From an uncultured Sporomusaceae bacterium (GTDB taxonomy: Bacteria; Bacillota; Negativicutes; Sporomusales; Sporomusaceae), in NCBI GenBank assembly GCA_964497205.1, contig CAZCEN010000003.1:1-38554 (forward strand): a stretch of 38,554 nt of DNA, written 5' to 3'. Position numbers and translations under genes: made by a program. The notes beneath the pieces are model-generated. The model was not told the origin of the DNA. It worked only from the letters and a program-made list of their open reading frames with translations, and searched no databases. Numbering within the stretch: the stretch's first letter is position 1; the number at the start of each line of letters is the position of its first letter. Below, piece after piece: positions 30,989 to 38,554 of the stretch.

Positions 30989-32086
30989 ATGGATAAGATA
31001 AAAGATTTTGAGAAGAATCGTGAAATGGATAAATTTAAAGCGCTTGAAATGGCTATGCGTCAAATAGAAAAAGATTTTGGCAAAGGCGCCATTATGAAGC
31101 TTGGTGAGGCCGCTGCCAAAATGAATATCGAGGTTATTCCTACCGGTTCTTTACCGCTAGATATTGCTCTCGGGGTCGGCGGAGTACCGCGGGGACGGGT
31201 CATTGAAATATTTGGACCAGAGTCTTCAGGTAAGACAACAGTAGCCTTACATATTATCGCGCAGGCTCAAAAAATGAATGGAATTGCTGCTTTTATTGAT
31301 GCTGAACATGCGCTTGACCCGGTTTATGCCAAAAAGCTTGGTGTTGACATTGACAATCTTTTAATTTCCCAGCCTGATAACGGTGAACAAGCTCTTGAAA
31401 TTGCGGAAGCATTAGTGCGGAGTGCCGCTATCGATGTTATTGTTATTGACTCGGTAGCTGCGTTAGTGCCCAAGAATGAAATTGACGGTGATATGGGTGA
31501 CTCCCATGTTGGTTTGCATGCCAGGCTTATGTCCCAAGCTTTACGTAAGCTTACAGGGATTATCAGCAAATCACGTACTACCGCCATCTTTATTAACCAA
31601 ATTCGTGAGAAAGTCGGGGTTATGTTTGGCAATCCCGAGACAACTACCGGCGGACGTGCCTTGAAGTTCTATTCGTCAGTGCGTTTAGATGTTCGTAAAG
31701 CTGAAACTTTGAAACAGGGTAACGATGTTGTCGGTAGCCGCACAAAGGTTAAGGTTGTTAAGAATAAAGTAGCTCCTCCATTCAAACAGGCCGAATTCGA
31801 TATAATGTATGGCGAAGGTATTTCTCGTGAGGGAAGCTTAGTTGATATTGGGGTTCAGCTTGATATTATTAATAAGAGTGGAGCATGGTTTTCTTATAAT
31901 GGACAGCGCTTAGGGCAAGGCAGGGAGAATGTCAAAGAATTCTTTAAAGAAAATCGTAACCTTGCTGATGAAATTGATAAGAAGATCCGTGATGTTTTAC
32001 TTGCCGGTGATGCTAAGCTGGAAAATGTTTCAAGCAAAGATGATGCTTTTAGTGAAGATAATGATGAGGTTTTTGAAGCCGAATGA
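30989..32086 (+). CDS. recA: Recombinase RecA
   Basis: [39 protein letters not shown]; ATG 30989 after SD GGAGG. Confidence 0.99.
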   Translation: MDKIKDFEKNREMDKFKALEMAMRQIEKDFGKGAIMKLGEAAAKMNIEVIPTGSLPLDIALGVGGVPRGRVIEIFGPESSGKTTVALHIIAQAQKMNGIAAFIDAEHALDPVYAKKLGVDIDNLLISQPDNGEQALEIAEALVRSAAIDVIVIDSVAALVPKNEIDGDMGDSHVGLHARLMSQALRKLTGIISKSRTTAIFINQIREKVGVMFGNPETTTGGRALKFYSSVRLDVRKAETLKQGNDVVGSRTKVKVVKNKVAPPFKQAEFDIMYGEGISREGSLVDIGVQLDIINKSGAWFSYNGQRLGQGRENVKEFFKENRNLADEIDKKIRDVLLAGDAKLENVSSKDDAFSEDNDEVFEAE

Positions 32087-32532
32087 ACACCAGTATATCC
32101 GAAGCTGCTATTAAACTGCTAAGATACAGACCTTACAGCAAATATGAACTTGAACAAAAGCTTTTAAATCAAGGCTATGGACAAGCTGCAGTAAATCAAG
32201 CCATTGAATATGTCGTTGAGCGCGGTTATCTAAATGATACCGCGCTTTGTGATATGCTTTTAACTAAATATGCTGAAGTAAGCAAGTATAGTCTGAAAGA
32301 AGTTTACATAAAACTAAGACGTCGGGGATTGTCTTCAGCGTTAATTAAAGAAAGATTAGCTGATTGGGATGAAATGTTAGAATACCAGGCAGCTATGAAT
32401 TTGGCAGCAAAAGTGTTGGCTCGGGATAGCAGTCGCGACATGCGTAAAATAATACGACACCTGTCTGGTAAAGGGTTTAAGGCAACCACTGTGACCAAAG
32501 TTTTAGAGCGGCTTAGGGATATGTCTCCTTGA
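32083..32532 (+). CDS. recX: Regulatory protein RecX
   Basis: [29 protein letters not shown]; ATGA overlap with recA. Confidence 0.85.
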   Translation: MNTSISEAAIKLLRYRPYSKYELEQKLLNQGYGQAAVNQAIEYVVERGYLNDTALCDMLLTKYAEVSKYSLKEVYIKLRRRGLSSALIKERLADWDEMLEYQAAMNLAAKVLARDSSRDMRKIIRHLSGKGFKATTVTKVLERLRDMSP

Positions 32533-32557
32533 CACACATTTGAAAAACATTTACAAT
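32529..32557 (+). promoter_or_regulatory. SigA promoter for rny
   Basis: TTGACA, 17 nt, TACAAT. Confidence 0.8.
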
Positions 32558-32700
32558 AAAATTATCCAATCGTGTAATTAAGTTGAAATCTACTTAGGTA
32601 AACTTTTAGGAGAGCTTGTATGCTGTTTTTAAGCATCTAAAAAGCTGCTTTTAAAAGCCAAGTTTACTTGGCTTTACCCTTAATACAGTAAATAAAGGAG

Positions 32701-34245
32701 GTGGAACATATAGTAGAAATTATTTTAACCGCAATTTTAGTCGGACTGTTGAGTGCTGGCGCAGGCTATTGGGTACGAAAAAATATTGCCGAGGCCAAAA
32801 TCGCTTCTGCTGAAACTGCAGCCAGAAAAATATTGGAAGATGCAGATAAGGCGGGCGAATCCAAGAAAAAAGAAGCCTTGGTTGAAGCTAAAGAAGAAAT
32901 TCATAAGCTAAGAAGCGAACTTGAGCGGGAGATAAAGGAACGTCGTACAGAACTTCAGCGTTTGGAACGGCGCTTAGTACAAAAAGAAGAAAATCTTGAC
33001 CGTAAAATCGACTCTTTGGAAAAGAAAGAAGAGATACTCAGTCGCAAGGAATCTGATTTGGATAAAAGCCAAGAAAAGATCAATGAGCTTTATGCCAAAC
33101 AAGTTACTGAACTTGAAAGACTGTCTGGTTTGACCTCAGATGATGCTCGTAGCTTATTGCTTGCCAATGTAGAAGAAGAGATTAAGCATGAAACGGCTAT
33201 GCTTATTAAGGAACTCGAACAACAGGCTAAAGAAGAAGCGGAGAAAAAAGCCAAAGAAATTATTTCATTAGCAATTCAACGGTGTGCTGCTGACCATGTT
33301 GCAGAAACTACTGTTTCTGTAGTGGCTTTGCCTAATGATGAAATGAAAGGCAGGATTATTGGCCGAGAAGGTCGCAATATCCGAACCCTTGAAACGCTTA
33401 CTGGTATTGATTTGATTATTGATGATACGCCTGAGGCGGTTATTTTATCGGGATTTGATCCTGTGCGGCGGGAAGTTGCTAGAATAGCACTGGAAAAGCT
33501 TATTGTTGATGGTCGCATTCATCCAGCCCGCATTGAAGAAATGGTTGAAAAGGCTCAAAAAGAAGTTGAACAGAAAATTAAGGAAGCAGGCGAACAGGCT
33601 ACTTTTGAGACTGGAGTTCATGGTCTGCATCCAGAACTGATAAAACTTCTCGGAAGATTAAAATACCGTACTAGTTATGGTCAAAATGTACTTAAGCATT
33701 CCATTGAAGTTGCACATTTAGCTGGAGTTATGGCAACCGAACTCGGAGTAGATGTAATGTTAGCTAAACGTGCTGGTTTGCTTCATGATATTGGTAAAGC
33801 AGTTGACCATGAAGTAGAAGGACCTCACGTTACAATTGGTGCTGATTTAGCTAAAAAGTATCGTGAAGCTGCTGAAGTCATTAATGCAATTGGTGCCCAC
33901 CATGGTGATGAAGAACCTAAAACTGTCCAGGCTGTACTTGTAGCGGCAGCTGATGCTGTATCCGCTGCGCGGCCGGGAGCTCGCAGAGAGACCTTGGAAA
34001 GCTATCTTAAGCGATTAACACGATTGGAAGAAATCGCTGAGTCATTTGATGGCGTAGAAAAGTCATTTGCTATACAAGCAGGTCGTGAAATTCGGATTAT
34101 GGTTAAGCCAGATAAGATTGATGATTTGTCAGCTGTTAGATTGGTAAGGGATATTGTCAAAAAAATCGAGAGTGAACTTGAATATCCAGGCCAAATTAAA
34201 GTAACAGTTATTCGCGAAACTCGCGCTGTTGATTATGCCAAGTAG
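32701..34245 (+). CDS. rny: Ribonuclease Y (true start possibly ATA at 32710)
   Basis: N-terminal TM, coiled coil, KH ([13 protein letters not shown]), HD domain (LLHDIGK). Confidence 0.97.
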   Translation: MEHIVEIILTAILVGLLSAGAGYWVRKNIAEAKIASAETAARKILEDADKAGESKKKEALVEAKEEIHKLRSELEREIKERRTELQRLERRLVQKEENLDRKIDSLEKKEEILSRKESDLDKSQEKINELYAKQVTELERLSGLTSDDARSLLLANVEEEIKHETAMLIKELEQQAKEEAEKKAKEIISLAIQRCAADHVAETTVSVVALPNDEMKGRIIGREGRNIRTLETLTGIDLIIDDTPEAVILSGFDPVRREVARIALEKLIVDGRIHPARIEEMVEKAQKEVEQKIKEAGEQATFETGVHGLHPELIKLLGRLKYRTSYGQNVLKHSIEVAHLAGVMATELGVDVMLAKRAGLLHDIGKAVDHEVEGPHVTIGADLAKKYREAAEVINAIGAHHGDEEPKTVQAVLVAAADAVSAARPGARRETLESYLKRLTRLEEIAESFDGVEKSFAIQAGREIRIMVKPDKIDDLSAVRLVRDIVKKIESELEYPGQIKVTVIRETRAVDYAK

Positions 34246-34264
34246 AATTTAAATAAAGTCAGTT

Positions 34265-34298
34265 AAAACGGTTTTACCTTTGGGTAGAGCCGTTTTTT
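34265..34298 (+). terminator. Intrinsic terminator after rny
   Basis: AAAACGGTTTTACC-TTTG-GGTAGAGCCGTTTTTT. Confidence 0.8.
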
Positions 34299-34406
34299 AG
34301 CTTTTTTCCCAACAATTTAAAAGCAGGATTTAAATCTCTTCTAGAGAATAACTTAATCAGAAACATAGAAAGCAATTATTTTATTTTTTTTGGACGGTGA
34401 AACTGT

Positions 34407-34928
34407 ATGCCCGAATTCTTCCAGAACAATGAACAAGTTTCTGATGGAGCTAATCTTCTTATATCTATGTTAGTGCGTTACCCCGAGATTGGAACCATTA
34501 ATTTCAATCCAGAAACAAATTCGTTAAAATTTACATTTATGATTTCTGGTATTCCTACTGCTGGCGATTTTGAGAGTGTCAAGCAGTTGATTATTAATAG
34601 CATAGCAACCTACCATTTACTTCAAGGCATTACTGACAGCAAAATTGATGTTGAGTTAAGTAAGTATGAACAGGTTGCGATGTTAACTATCATGCGAGAT
34701 GTACACACCATGTCACAAGGAGAGATAGGCCTGACGGTTAAGCTTCTTCGTGAGCGTTTTGCTGATCGGTTAACTGCAGATCAAAATGACTCTATCTTGG
34801 AAGAAGATCTTCTATTACAGGAAGAGGTAATTGAAGATATGTTAGAGAACATGCGTAAACAATATAACGAACGCCATAATCTGATTGGTATTCGCGAGGA
34901 CGGACGTGTTTTTGTGTTCAATAAATAA
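34407..34928 (+). CDS. Hypothetical protein, acidic C-terminus
   Basis: 173-aa ORF with SD GGACGGTG and upstream SigH-like promoter; no recognised motif. Confidence 0.8.
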   Translation: MPEFFQNNEQVSDGANLLISMLVRYPEIGTINFNPETNSLKFTFMISGIPTAGDFESVKQLIINSIATYHLLQGITDSKIDVELSKYEQVAMLTIMRDVHTMSQGEIGLTVKLLRERFADRLTADQNDSILEEDLLLQEEVIEDMLENMRKQYNERHNLIGIREDGRVFVFNK

Positions 34929-34985
34929 ATTAGACGTAGCTTTTGGTGGGGTTTTGACCCCATCTGAAGTTAGTCCCTGGATAAA
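34925..34985 (-). mobile_element. Family A element, internally deleted inverted copy
   Basis: Minus strand reads TTTAT-CCAGGGACTAACTTCAGATGGGGTCAAAACCCCACCAAAAGCTACGTCTAA-TTTAT. Confidence 0.75.
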
Positions 34986-35030
34986 AATATGAATTTGTTG
35001 TAATAATTAGATTTTTTTGGATATGAAAAA

Positions 35031-35055
35031 AGGAATTTTTTCCCGTACACCGAAT
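35031..35055 (+). promoter_or_regulatory. SigH-type promoter for spoVS
   Basis: AGGA, 17 nt, GAAT; spoVS is SigH-dependent in B. subtilis. Confidence 0.75.
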
Positions 35056-35114
35056 ATATCTAATACATAGGGACTAATAACGTTTTTTTTAATCAAAGGA
35101 GGGCACATAAAAAC

Positions 35115-35375
35115 ATGGACGTCTTGAAAGTATCAGCAAAATCTAATCCTAATTCTGTAGCAGGAGCTTTAGCTGGAGTATTGAGAGAACGTGGTGGTGC
35201 TGAGATTCAGGCAATCGGCGCAGGAGCACTTAACCAAGCTGTAAAAGCAGTAGCAATTGCCAGGGGATTCGTAGCACCGCATGGAGTTGATTTAATCTGT
35301 ATCCCTGCCTTTACAGACATACTTATTGATGGGGAAGAAAGAACAGCTATCAAGTTAATAGTAGAACCCCGTTAA
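35115..35375 (+). CDS. spoVS: Stage V sporulation protein S
   Basis: VLKVSAKSNPNSVAGALA...IGAGALNQAVKAVAIARGF. Confidence 0.97.
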   Translation: MDVLKVSAKSNPNSVAGALAGVLRERGGAEIQAIGAGALNQAVKAVAIARGFVAPHGVDLICIPAFTDILIDGEERTAIKLIVEPR

Positions 35376-35388
35376 ATAGATAATACCT

Positions 35389-35417
35389 AAAACCTGTTCA
35401 GTGGTGAGCAGGTTTTA
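35389..35417 (+). terminator. Intrinsic terminator after spoVS
   Basis: AAAACCTGTTCA-GTGG-TGAGCAGGTTTT. Confidence 0.75.
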
Positions 35418-35482
35418 TTGTTTTAAGAAGTAGTTTTATGGCATAATATATTCAGTATAACAGATTTGTGAGGGGTGAATAA

Positions 35483-36985
35483 ATGAATATTGAAGTAATA
35501 AATGGTTCAGTAACTGATGTTTTGTGTGATACACTTATTGTTAATTTATTCAAAAATGTAACGACCCCTAGTGGTGCAACCGGAGCTGTAGATAAAGCGT
35601 TAAACTGTCATATAAGAAAAATAATCCGGGATAATCCGGGATGTGGCAAATTTGGTGAAACCACAGTAATACATACATTTGGTGCGATAGGTGCTAAGCA
35701 GATTATTATTCTCGGACTAGGTAAAAAAGGTGATTTATCGCTGGACAAAGTACGAGCATTGACTGCTATTGCCATGCGAACGGCAAGAAAATTGCGTTCC
35801 AAAACAGTAGCAACAATTGTACATGGGGCAGGCAGCGGTGATTTAGAAAGTCGCCAAGCCACGCAGGCAGTCGTTGAGGGTGCAATTATGGGGTTATATA
35901 AATTTGACTGCTACAAAACAACCCGTGAAGAGAGTAACAAGATTGATAATTTGATAATTGTTGAAAACGATAAAACGAAACTTGCTGCAATCAAAGAAGG
36001 ACTTTACTTTGGTAAAATATTCGCTGAAAGCGTAAATTATGGCAGAGATTTGATCAACCATCCAGCTATGTACATGACTCCTGCAAAAATGTCGGAGTAT
36101 GCCAGCGATATTGCCAATAAATACGGGCTAGAATTAAGTGTTCTTGAAAAAAAAGACATGCTGAAACACGGAATGGGGGCACTATTGGCAGTTGCTCAAG
36201 GAAGTAGTGAAGCCCCGAAACTAATCGTCTTAAAATATCAAGGGGATCCTTTACAGCAAGAAATGATTGCGTACGTCGGAAAAGGAGTTACTTTTGATAG
36301 TGGCGGAATATCTCTTAAACCTAGCCAAAGTATGGATGAAATGAAACGGGATATGGCTGGCGGCGGTGCAGTTTTAGCTGCAATGCTTGCTATCTCACAA
36401 ATAAAGCCAAAAGTAAATATTCTTGCTGTTGTGCCATGTACAGAAAATATGCCGTCAGGAGCGGCATGTAAGCCAGGCGATATTGTAACCTCGATGAGTG
36501 GCAAAACTATTGAAATATTAAACACTGATGCCGAAGGACGCTTGATTTTAGCAGATGCTATCACCTATGCAAAAAAACTTGGGGCCACAAGACTTATTGA
36601 TATAGCTACACTAACCGGGGCATGTGTTGTCGGTCTTGGTGACATTTATTCCGGCGTTCTTACGAATGACAGTGAATGGTGCCAAACCATGCTTAATGCG
36701 GCTCAGCAAGCCGGAGAAAAGATGTGGGAATTACCGAATGACAAAGAGTATTTGGAGCAAATAAAAAGTTCCATTGCCGATTTAAAAAATAGTGGCGGAA
36801 GGCCGGCCGGAACTATTACCGCGGGTATGTTTATAGGTCAGTTTGCGGATAAGACACCTTGGATACATATTGATATAGCAGGAACATCTGATGCTGATAA
36901 AGATAAAGGTTACAACCTAAAAGGTGGAACAGGTGTCGGTGTGCGGACGTTAATACAATTAGCTGTAAACTTGGGGCAGTTATGA
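35483..36985 (+). CDS. pepA: Leucyl aminopeptidase (M17)
   Basis: VGKGVTFDSGG, MKRDMAG, NTDAEGRLILAD, IATLTGA, HIDIAGT. Confidence 0.96.
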   Translation: MNIEVINGSVTDVLCDTLIVNLFKNVTTPSGATGAVDKALNCHIRKIIRDNPGCGKFGETTVIHTFGAIGAKQIIILGLGKKGDLSLDKVRALTAIAMRTARKLRSKTVATIVHGAGSGDLESRQATQAVVEGAIMGLYKFDCYKTTREESNKIDNLIIVENDKTKLAAIKEGLYFGKIFAESVNYGRDLINHPAMYMTPAKMSEYASDIANKYGLELSVLEKKDMLKHGMGALLAVAQGSSEAPKLIVLKYQGDPLQQEMIAYVGKGVTFDSGGISLKPSQSMDEMKRDMAGGGAVLAAMLAISQIKPKVNILAVVPCTENMPSGAACKPGDIVTSMSGKTIEILNTDAEGRLILADAITYAKKLGATRLIDIATLTGACVVGLGDIYSGVLTNDSEWCQTMLNAAQQAGEKMWELPNDKEYLEQIKSSIADLKNSGGRPAGTITAGMFIGQFADKTPWIHIDIAGTSDADKDKGYNLKGGTGVGVRTLIQLAVNLGQL

Positions 36986-37803
36986 TCGCAGATCTTCACA
37001 TCCATACATCTGCTTCAGACGGGCGTTTGTCACCAATGGAAGTAGTTCAGCATGCTTTAGAAGTTGGTTTAAGCTTTATTGCGATTACCGACCATGATAC
37101 AGTTGATGCTCACTTTGAACTTAGAAATGAAAGCGGTGATAAAGCTTTCATTTCTAAGTTATCAATTATTCCCGGAATTGAATTTAGTACTGATTTACCA
37201 AGACACGAAGTTCATATTCTGGGATACTTTATTGATATAGATAATACCATTCTTAAAGAACAGTTGGAAGTAATTCGTAATGATAGGATACTACGTGCAA
37301 AGAAGATGGTTGAAAAACTTAATAAATTAGGTTATGCAATTGACTACAACAGAGTATTGGAAATAACGAGCGGGTCAAAATCAGTTGGACGTCCGCATGT
37401 AGCTAAAGCGCTTGTAGAAGGAGGGTATTTTTCCACTGTATCGGAAGCCTTTGATCAAGTGTTAACAAACAATGGACCAGCCTATGTTCCTCACTATAAA
37501 CTAGCTCCGGAACAGGTAATTAAGCTGATAAAACAGGCAGGAGGTATTGCGGTACTGGCTCATCCGGGGTTAGTAGGGGATGATAATATAGTTAGTCATC
37601 TAATTCAATCAGGCATTCAAGGCTTAGAAGTTTACCACCCCGAACATAACCAGGCGATGACTAACAAGTATTTGAATATGGCTATTGAACACAACTTAAA
37701 AATTACAGGCGGATCGGACTTTCACGCGATTCCTGGCCGGTTTCCGGAGAAGCTAGGAATATTTTCCATTTCTGCTGATATGGTTGAAACTTTGTCAAAG
37801 TAA
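36982..37803 (+). CDS. PHP-domain phosphoesterase (TrpH/YciV-like)
   Basis: DLHIHTSASDG, ITDHD, HILGY, GRPHVA, LAHP, GGSDFH. Confidence 0.9.
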   Translation: MIADLHIHTSASDGRLSPMEVVQHALEVGLSFIAITDHDTVDAHFELRNESGDKAFISKLSIIPGIEFSTDLPRHEVHILGYFIDIDNTILKEQLEVIRNDRILRAKKMVEKLNKLGYAIDYNRVLEITSGSKSVGRPHVAKALVEGGYFSTVSEAFDQVLTNNGPAYVPHYKLAPEQVIKLIKQAGGIAVLAHPGLVGDDNIVSHLIQSGIQGLEVYHPEHNQAMTNKYLNMAIEHNLKITGGSDFHAIPGRFPEKLGIFSISADMVETLSK

Positions 37804-37866
37804 CATACTTTTACTTGACAACACCTAGAAAGGTGTTTATTTTTATATTATTAGGAACTATCTTTT

Positions 37867-37999
37867 TTTATCCTGTGACCAAGTTGCTTCTAAGACTCCC
37901 GTTTCTATAAGCGGGAGTTAAGCGCAACTAAGTCCCTGGATAAGGGCGACTAACCTTCAGATGGGGTTAAAACCCCACCTGAAGCTAAGTCTACTTTAT
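37867..37999 (+). mobile_element. TTTAT-flanked double-hairpin element (family A), full copy 2
   Basis: TTTAT at 37867-37871 and 37995-37999; shares CTAAGACTC, GGGAGTT, TGGATAAG(G)GCGACTAACCTTCAGATGGGGTTAA and CTGAAG-TAAGT-TACTTTAT with copy 1. Confidence 0.75.
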
Positions 38000-38020
38000 C
38001 GGCGTAAGCCGTTTCTTTAT
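38000..38020 (+). repeat. Short GNRA-hairpin repeat (family B), truncated copy 3
   Basis: CGGCGTAAGCCGTTTCTTTAT directly after the family A right TTTAT. Confidence 0.7.
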
Positions 38021-38054
38021 GTTAAAATTACATACTAAATCAGGAGGCTAGCCT

Positions 38055-38554
38055 ATGGACACCATTGCGTTGGTAGGTCCAAGTGGAACAGGCAAAAGCC
38101 ATCGGGCGTTGATCGTAGCGCACGAACATGACGTTGATACTATTATTGACGATGGGCTGTTAATAAAAGATAGCAAAATTATTGCGGGGCATTCTGCCAA
38201 AAAAGAGCCTAGCAAAATTCAAGCTGTTAAACGTGCCATATTTATGGAACCCGATCATGCTGCTGAAGTTAAAGAGGCAATTGCCAGAGTAATGCCTAAA
38301 CGTATTTTAGTGTTAGGCACATCAAAAAACATGGTGGAAAAAATAGTTGACGTGCTCAATTTACCACCCATAAGTAATATAATTCGTATAGAAGATATTG
38401 CAACCAAAGCTGAAATTGCCAAGGCTCGGGAAAGTAGGTTAAAAGAAGGAAAGCATATTATACCGGTGCCGACTATTGAACTTAAGCCGCATTTTTCAGG
38501 TTACCTCATTGATCCACTGGATATTTTCTTTAAAAAACCCCGCTCAAAACAACG
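38055..38554 (+). CDS. P-loop NTP-binding hypothetical protein (partial, runs off the window)
   Basis: SD AGGAGG; MDTIALVGPSGTGKSHRA Walker A, IIDDGLLI, GKHIIPVP; frame open to the window end. Confidence 0.85.
   Translation, partial: MDTIALVGPSGTGKSHRALIVAHEHDVDTIIDDGLLIKDSKIIAGHSAKKEPSKIQAVKRAIFMEPDHAAEVKEAIARVMPKRILVLGTSKNMVEKIVDVLNLPPISNIIRIEDIATKAEIAKARESRLKEGKHIIPVPTIELKPHFSGYLIDPLDIFFKKPRSKQ

Overview
This is a core chromosomal segment of a spore-forming Firmicute, most consistent with Negativicutes/Sporomusaceae (an inference from gene content). It follows the conserved truB-ribF-rpsO-pnp ... dapB-asd-dapG-dapA-rnj-tepA-ylzJ-spoIIIE ... rodZ-rimO-cinA-recA-recX-rny-spoVS backbone, with all genes but one on the + strand. 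There is no transposase, phage, CRISPR array or rRNA/tRNA gene. Regulatory features include a lysine riboswitch, a probable S15 leader, a LexA-controlled recA promoter, six SigH-like promoters and many intrinsic terminators. Four signals are not explained by routine annotation. (1) A dispersed family of TTTAT-flanked, double-hairpin non-coding elements has two full copies (7796-7923, 37867-37999), an internally deleted inverted copy (34925-34985) and a degenerate copy (18811-18852); it shows compensatory base changes and resembles bcr1/IS200-IS605-type non-autonomous elements. (2) A second short GNRA-tetraloop repeat sits next to two of those copies. (3) An adjacent GH18 hydrolase and amidase share an unannotated N-terminal module. 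(4) RNase Y probably starts at a non-canonical AUA codon. All calls come from reading the sequence; no database searches were run.
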